Shown piece by piece: positions 60,120-64,000 of a DNA stretch of 64,000 bases. The stretch covers positions 1-64,000 of the IMG/VR virus record IMGVR_UViG_3300020578_000020; one strand, given 5' to 3'. The notes beneath the pieces were generated by a model. It made no database searches and was not told the DNA's origin. It saw only the letters and a list, made by a program, of their open reading frames with translations. The stretch comes from a virus. Taxonomy: Duplodnaviria > Caudoviricetes. A program made the translations under genes and the position numbers. Each line of letters begins with the position of its first letter. Position 1 is the first letter of the stretch.

Positions 60120-61898
60120 ATGGGTCTAAGTAAAGAACAAGTAATGATAGAATATGTGAAGTGTCTCAAAGATACTCCATATGCTCTTAGAACGTATCTT
60201 CAAACATACGACAATACGGTTTCTAAGTATGTCCCTTTAGAATTATTTCCTGATCAAATATTACTTTTAAAAGACTATGAAGAATACGAAGAAAATATTG
60301 CTCTGAAATATCGACAAGCCGGAGTTTCTACCGTGACTGCTGCATGGATTTCAAAAAGATTAGTTTTTGCAAAAAAAACACAACCTGAAAAAATTCTAAT
60401 TATTGCAAACAAACTTGATACATCTCAAGAAATGGCAAATAAGATTAGGTCTTTTATTGATCAATGGCCTTCTTGGGTTGGTGCTGGTTTTGCTGTTGAA
60501 AAAAATTCACAAAGACATTATAAATTAAATAATGGTTCTGAGGTTAAGGCGGTTGCAACATCAAAGGATGCACTTCGTGGATTCACACCTACAATTCTTG
60601 TATTTGATGAGGCGGCGTTTATTGAGGCGGACAACGACTTTTGGGCGGCTTGTATGGCTTCCTTATCTACGGGTGGTAAAGTAATTGTAGTATCAACACC
60701 AAATGGTTATGACCAAATTTATTATGAAATTTACGATCAAGCTTTAAAAGGAATGAACCAATTCAAAATTTCTGAAATGTATTGGTACAGAGATCCTAGA
60801 TACACAAAGGATCTTTATTTAGTTCCAACAGATGATTTAATACATTATCTTATAAATAAAGAAGAATATGATGAATCAAAAAATATATCTTTTGCGCATG
60901 TTGACCCGTATCAAAGAGATTATCAAGAATTAGAAATGTTTTTTAAACAAGGATATAAACCATGTTCAACATGGTATGAAAAAATGGTTAAGAAACTTAA
61001 ATACGATAAAAGAAAAATTAATCAGGAGTTGAATTGTGAGTTTCTAGGTTCTGGTGATAATGTTTTTGAAAACAAACAGCTTGAAGAAATAAAAAACAAC
61101 TATTTAATGGACCCTCCTTCTAAATTAATGGGTAACTCTTTATGGATTTGGAAAGAGCCTGTTGAGGGTCATAAGTACATAATGGGCGTTGACGTTTCTC
61201 GTGGAGATAGTGAAGACTTTTCGTCAATACAAATTATTGATTTTGATAAAAGAGAACAAGTTTTGGAATATGTTGGAAAAATACCACCTGATAATTTAGC
61301 TGAAATTGCCTATAAGTGGGGTATGATGTATAACGCTTTTGTTGTAGTGGATATAACTGGTGGTATGGGTATAACTACAATTAGAAAAATGCAAGAACTT
61401 GGATATAAAAGTTTATATGTTGATGGAATAGATCCTTTTAATATTTGGGCGGTCAATAAATCATCAACAGAAAAAATACCAGGTATAAACTTTAATAATA
61501 AACGAGTTCAAATTATTGCGGCTTTTGAGGAGTGGGTAAGACACAAATTCAAAATAAGAAGTGTTCGTTTATATAATGAGATGAATACTTTTGTTTATAT
61601 CAACGGAAGACCAGATCACCAAAAGGGGCAACATGACGACTTAATTATGGGAATCTCAATGGCGATTTATATCGCCGAGTCATCATTTTCAAAGTTAGAA
61701 AAGGCAACCGAACAAGCAAAAGTTATGATTGATTCTTGGGCGGTTGTTAATGGTGAATCTGTTAAAAAAGAAGTACATTTTGATCCATTAATTCCAAATC
61801 AAAATGTTTTGAACGAACGGATGGGATTAAATAATAGTAGTTCAACAATAGATGATTATAAAAATTATGGTTGGTTGTTCGGTGGATTAATAAAATAA
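60120..61898 (+). CDS. terL: Terminase large subunit (T4 gp17-like)
   Basis: KYRQAGVST, ILVFDEAAF, STPNG, MGVDVSRG, HDDLIM. Confidence 0.95.
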   Translation: MGLSKEQVMIEYVKCLKDTPYALRTYLQTYDNTVSKYVPLELFPDQILLLKDYEEYEENIALKYRQAGVSTVTAAWISKRLVFAKKTQPEKILIIANKLDTSQEMANKIRSFIDQWPSWVGAGFAVEKNSQRHYKLNNGSEVKAVATSKDALRGFTPTILVFDEAAFIEADNDFWAACMASLSTGGKVIVVSTPNGYDQIYYEIYDQALKGMNQFKISEMYWYRDPRYTKDLYLVPTDDLIHYLINKEEYDESKNISFAHVDPYQRDYQELEMFFKQGYKPCSTWYEKMVKKLKYDKRKINQELNCEFLGSGDNVFENKQLEEIKNNYLMDPPSKLMGNSLWIWKEPVEGHKYIMGVDVSRGDSEDFSSIQIIDFDKREQVLEYVGKIPPDNLAEIAYKWGMMYNAFVVVDITGGMGITTIRKMQELGYKSLYVDGIDPFNIWAVNKSSTEKIPGINFNNKRVQIIAAFEEWVRHKFKIRSVRLYNEMNTFVYINGRPDHQKGQHDDLIMGISMAIYIAESSFSKLEKATEQAKVMIDSWAVVNGESVKKEVHFDPLIPNQNVLNERMGLNNSSSTIDDYKNYGWLFGGLIK

Positions 61899-61902
61899 AA
61901 GT

Positions 61903-62661
61903 ATGGGATTATCATTTAGAAATAAATCTGGAAGAATTGCAAATGGATCAAGATTAGTTGTTTCTGGTGAAGTTACAACAGGACAAAAAGTATTTCAACC
62001 TGCTTTTCAATATAAAAAATCCGCCCCCAAAGATAATGATTTATTAGAACAAATACTACCATTTTTAACTCCTAATCCAACACCAACTTCGACTCCGATT
62101 CCAACTCAAACACCTACACCAACTCCATCCGTGACATAAACACCCACACAAACACCTACAGTTACACCAACTAACACACCTACAATAACACCCACACAAA
62201 CACCTACAGTTACACCAACTAACACACCCACTAACACACCAACCCCAACACCAAGCCCTATTGTGGGATATCTTAATATTAGAGTTGCTGCGGACTCATT
62301 TATACCATCCACTGATGCGACTGTATGGTATGCGATATCAGGAACATATGATGGAACTCAACCTTTCCCACTCGGGCAAACATGGTTACAATTAGGTTTA
62401 TCACAAACTTTAGCATTTTGTCCATCTAACACATTATATGGAACAATAACAGTTCCTGTTGGTTCGATTGTTTATGTTCAAATAAGAAATAGTTCAGGAT
62501 CTAGTATATAATTAACAACAAATAATTTTACAAGTTCCAATCCATGTTTATTCCCATCGTTGACTACACCGTATACAGACAGTTTTGCCATGGGAAGTCC
62601 GAGTTCAGATAATAAGACATATAAAATTTCAAATCCAATTACAACAACACCAGCACCATAG
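61903..62661 (+). pseudogene. Thr/Pro-repeat gene with two in-frame TAA (62137-62139, 62509-62511)
   Basis: Track ORFs 61903-62139 and 62263-62511 share a frame; TPT repeat runs through the first stop; frame ends at TAG 62659-62661. Confidence 0.65.
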
Positions 62662-62710
62662 TCATTTAAATAACTATTGAAATATTTATATCTATAGTTA
62701 AATTATTAAT

Positions 62711-64000
62711 ATGGAAAATAACAATCAAAATCTAACGGTTTGGCAAAAACTTGCCAAAACTTTTGGTCCTGATAGCACTTTAGGTCAAGGAAGACCAGAC
62801 TACAAATTAGATAAAAAAGAAATATTAAAAACCCAAGATAAGGAAGAGTATGAAAGAGCAAAACTCCAAAATCAACAATCTTTATATCTAAGTACAAATT
62901 GGACTAAAGTTGAGAACAATTTATATACCCAAGCAGTATATTATGAACCCACAAGGTTAGCAGCGTTTTACGATTATGAATCTATGGAATATACTCCTGA
63001 AATCTCAACCGCATTAGATATATACTCTGAAGAATCGACCACACCAAATCACGATGGTTATGTATTACAAGTTTATTCAGAATCAAAAAGAATTAAAAGT
63101 ATTTTAGTAGATTTATTTGTCAATACATTAGATATAAATACAAACTTACCAATGTGGATTAGAAACATGTGTAAGTATGGCGATAATTTTGTTTATTTAA
63201 AATTAGATTCTGAAAAAGGGGTTACGGGTTGTTTGCAATTACCTAATATCGAAATTGAAAGATTAGAGAGAGGTGAGGACGCAAGGACATATAACGCAAC
63301 TATTAATGTGAATAGAAAAGCACTCAAATTTTCTTGGAAAACAAGAGATGCGGAATTTAATACTTGGGAAGTAGCTCATTTTAGATTATTAGGGGATGAT
63401 AGAAAACTTCCTTATGGAACATCGATGTTAGAAAAAGCTAGACGTATTTGGAAGCAATTAGTTTTAGCAGAAGATGCGATGTTAATTTATCGTACATCAA
63501 GAGCTCCCGAGAGAAGAGTTTTTAAAGTATTTGTTGGTAATATGGACGACAAAGACGTTGAGGCATATGTCCAAAGAGTCGCTAATAAATTCAAAAGAGA
63601 TCAGGTTGTTGACAGAAAAACAGGTAATGTCGACTTGAGATTCAATCAAATGGCTGTAGACCAAGATTATTTTATCCCCGTTCGTGATGCTACACAAGCA
63701 AGTCCAATTGACACTCTGGCTGGCGCAGCAAACCTTTCTGAAATTGCCGATATTGAATATATCCAAAAAAAATTAGTTACTGCACTTCGTATTCCTAAAG
63801 CTTATTTAGGATTTGAAGAACCTGTGGGAGATGGTAAAAACTTGTCGTTATTAGACATTAGATTCGCAAGAACAATTAATAGGATTCAAAAATCCGCAAT
63901 TGCTGAAATGAACAAGATAGCCATTATCCATTTGTTTCTTATGGGATTTGAAGATGAGTTATCAAATTTTACATTACAACTTACAAACCCCTCTAAACAA
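62711..64000 (+). CDS. Portal protein (T4 gp20-like), 3'-truncated by window
   Basis: Open frame from ATG 62711; YGTSMLEKARRIWKQLVLAEDAMLIYRTSRAPERRVF...ALRIPKAYL. Confidence 0.92.
   Translation, partial: MENNNQNLTVWQKLAKTFGPDSTLGQGRPDYKLDKKEILKTQDKEEYERAKLQNQQSLYLSTNWTKVENNLYTQAVYYEPTRLAAFYDYESMEYTPEISTALDIYSEESTTPNHDGYVLQVYSESKRIKSILVDLFVNTLDINTNLPMWIRNMCKYGDNFVYLKLDSEKGVTGCLQLPNIEIERLERGEDARTYNATINVNRKALKFSWKTRDAEFNTWEVAHFRLLGDDRKLPYGTSMLEKARRIWKQLVLAEDAMLIYRTSRAPERRVFKVFVGNMDDKDVEAYVQRVANKFKRDQVVDRKTGNVDLRFNQMAVDQDYFIPVRDATQASPIDTLAGAANLSEIADIEYIQKKLVTALRIPKAYLGFEEPVGDGKNLSLLDIRFARTINRIQKSAIAEMNKIAIIHLFLMGFEDELSNFTLQLTNPSKQ

Overview
AT-rich segment of a large (jumbo-type) tailed dsDNA phage with T4-like packaging genes: terminase large subunit (60120-61898) and a portal gene cut off by the window end (62711->64000). 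The host is very probably Bacteroidota: there are many TAnnTTTG promoter boxes, a T9SS type-B cargo protein with SprB repeats, and a tmRNA resuming on GGC. The standard genetic code applies. Recognisable genes include DnaK, an N-domain-less ClpC, an FKBP PPIase, a pyrimidine-dimer glycosylase, an M15/GH19 peptidoglycan hydrolase, an M20/M28-like peptidase, a nucleotidyltransferase, and KTSC, CAP, DUF2237 and DUF2927 proteins. RNA genes are 7 tRNAs, 3 aberrant tRNA-like RNAs, a tmRNA and a ~0.85-kb GOLLD-like RNA. The most striking structure is a large set of unrelated payload ORFs that start with one of about 6 short leader families (e.g. MNLQESIRRILREE, MKKIIRLTESDLTRIVKRVIKE). These leaders are conserved at the DNA level, end in [ILVM]-x-E and usually follow a TATTTAT motif, consistent with a modular capsid-targeting cassette system. 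Other notable signals: an attenuator-like leader peptide before tRNA genes, a GTTCTTTGA boxA in four structural-RNA units, probable leaderless mRNAs, and a GpC-depleted zone next to a G/C tract. All calls come from reading motifs by eye; no database searches were run.
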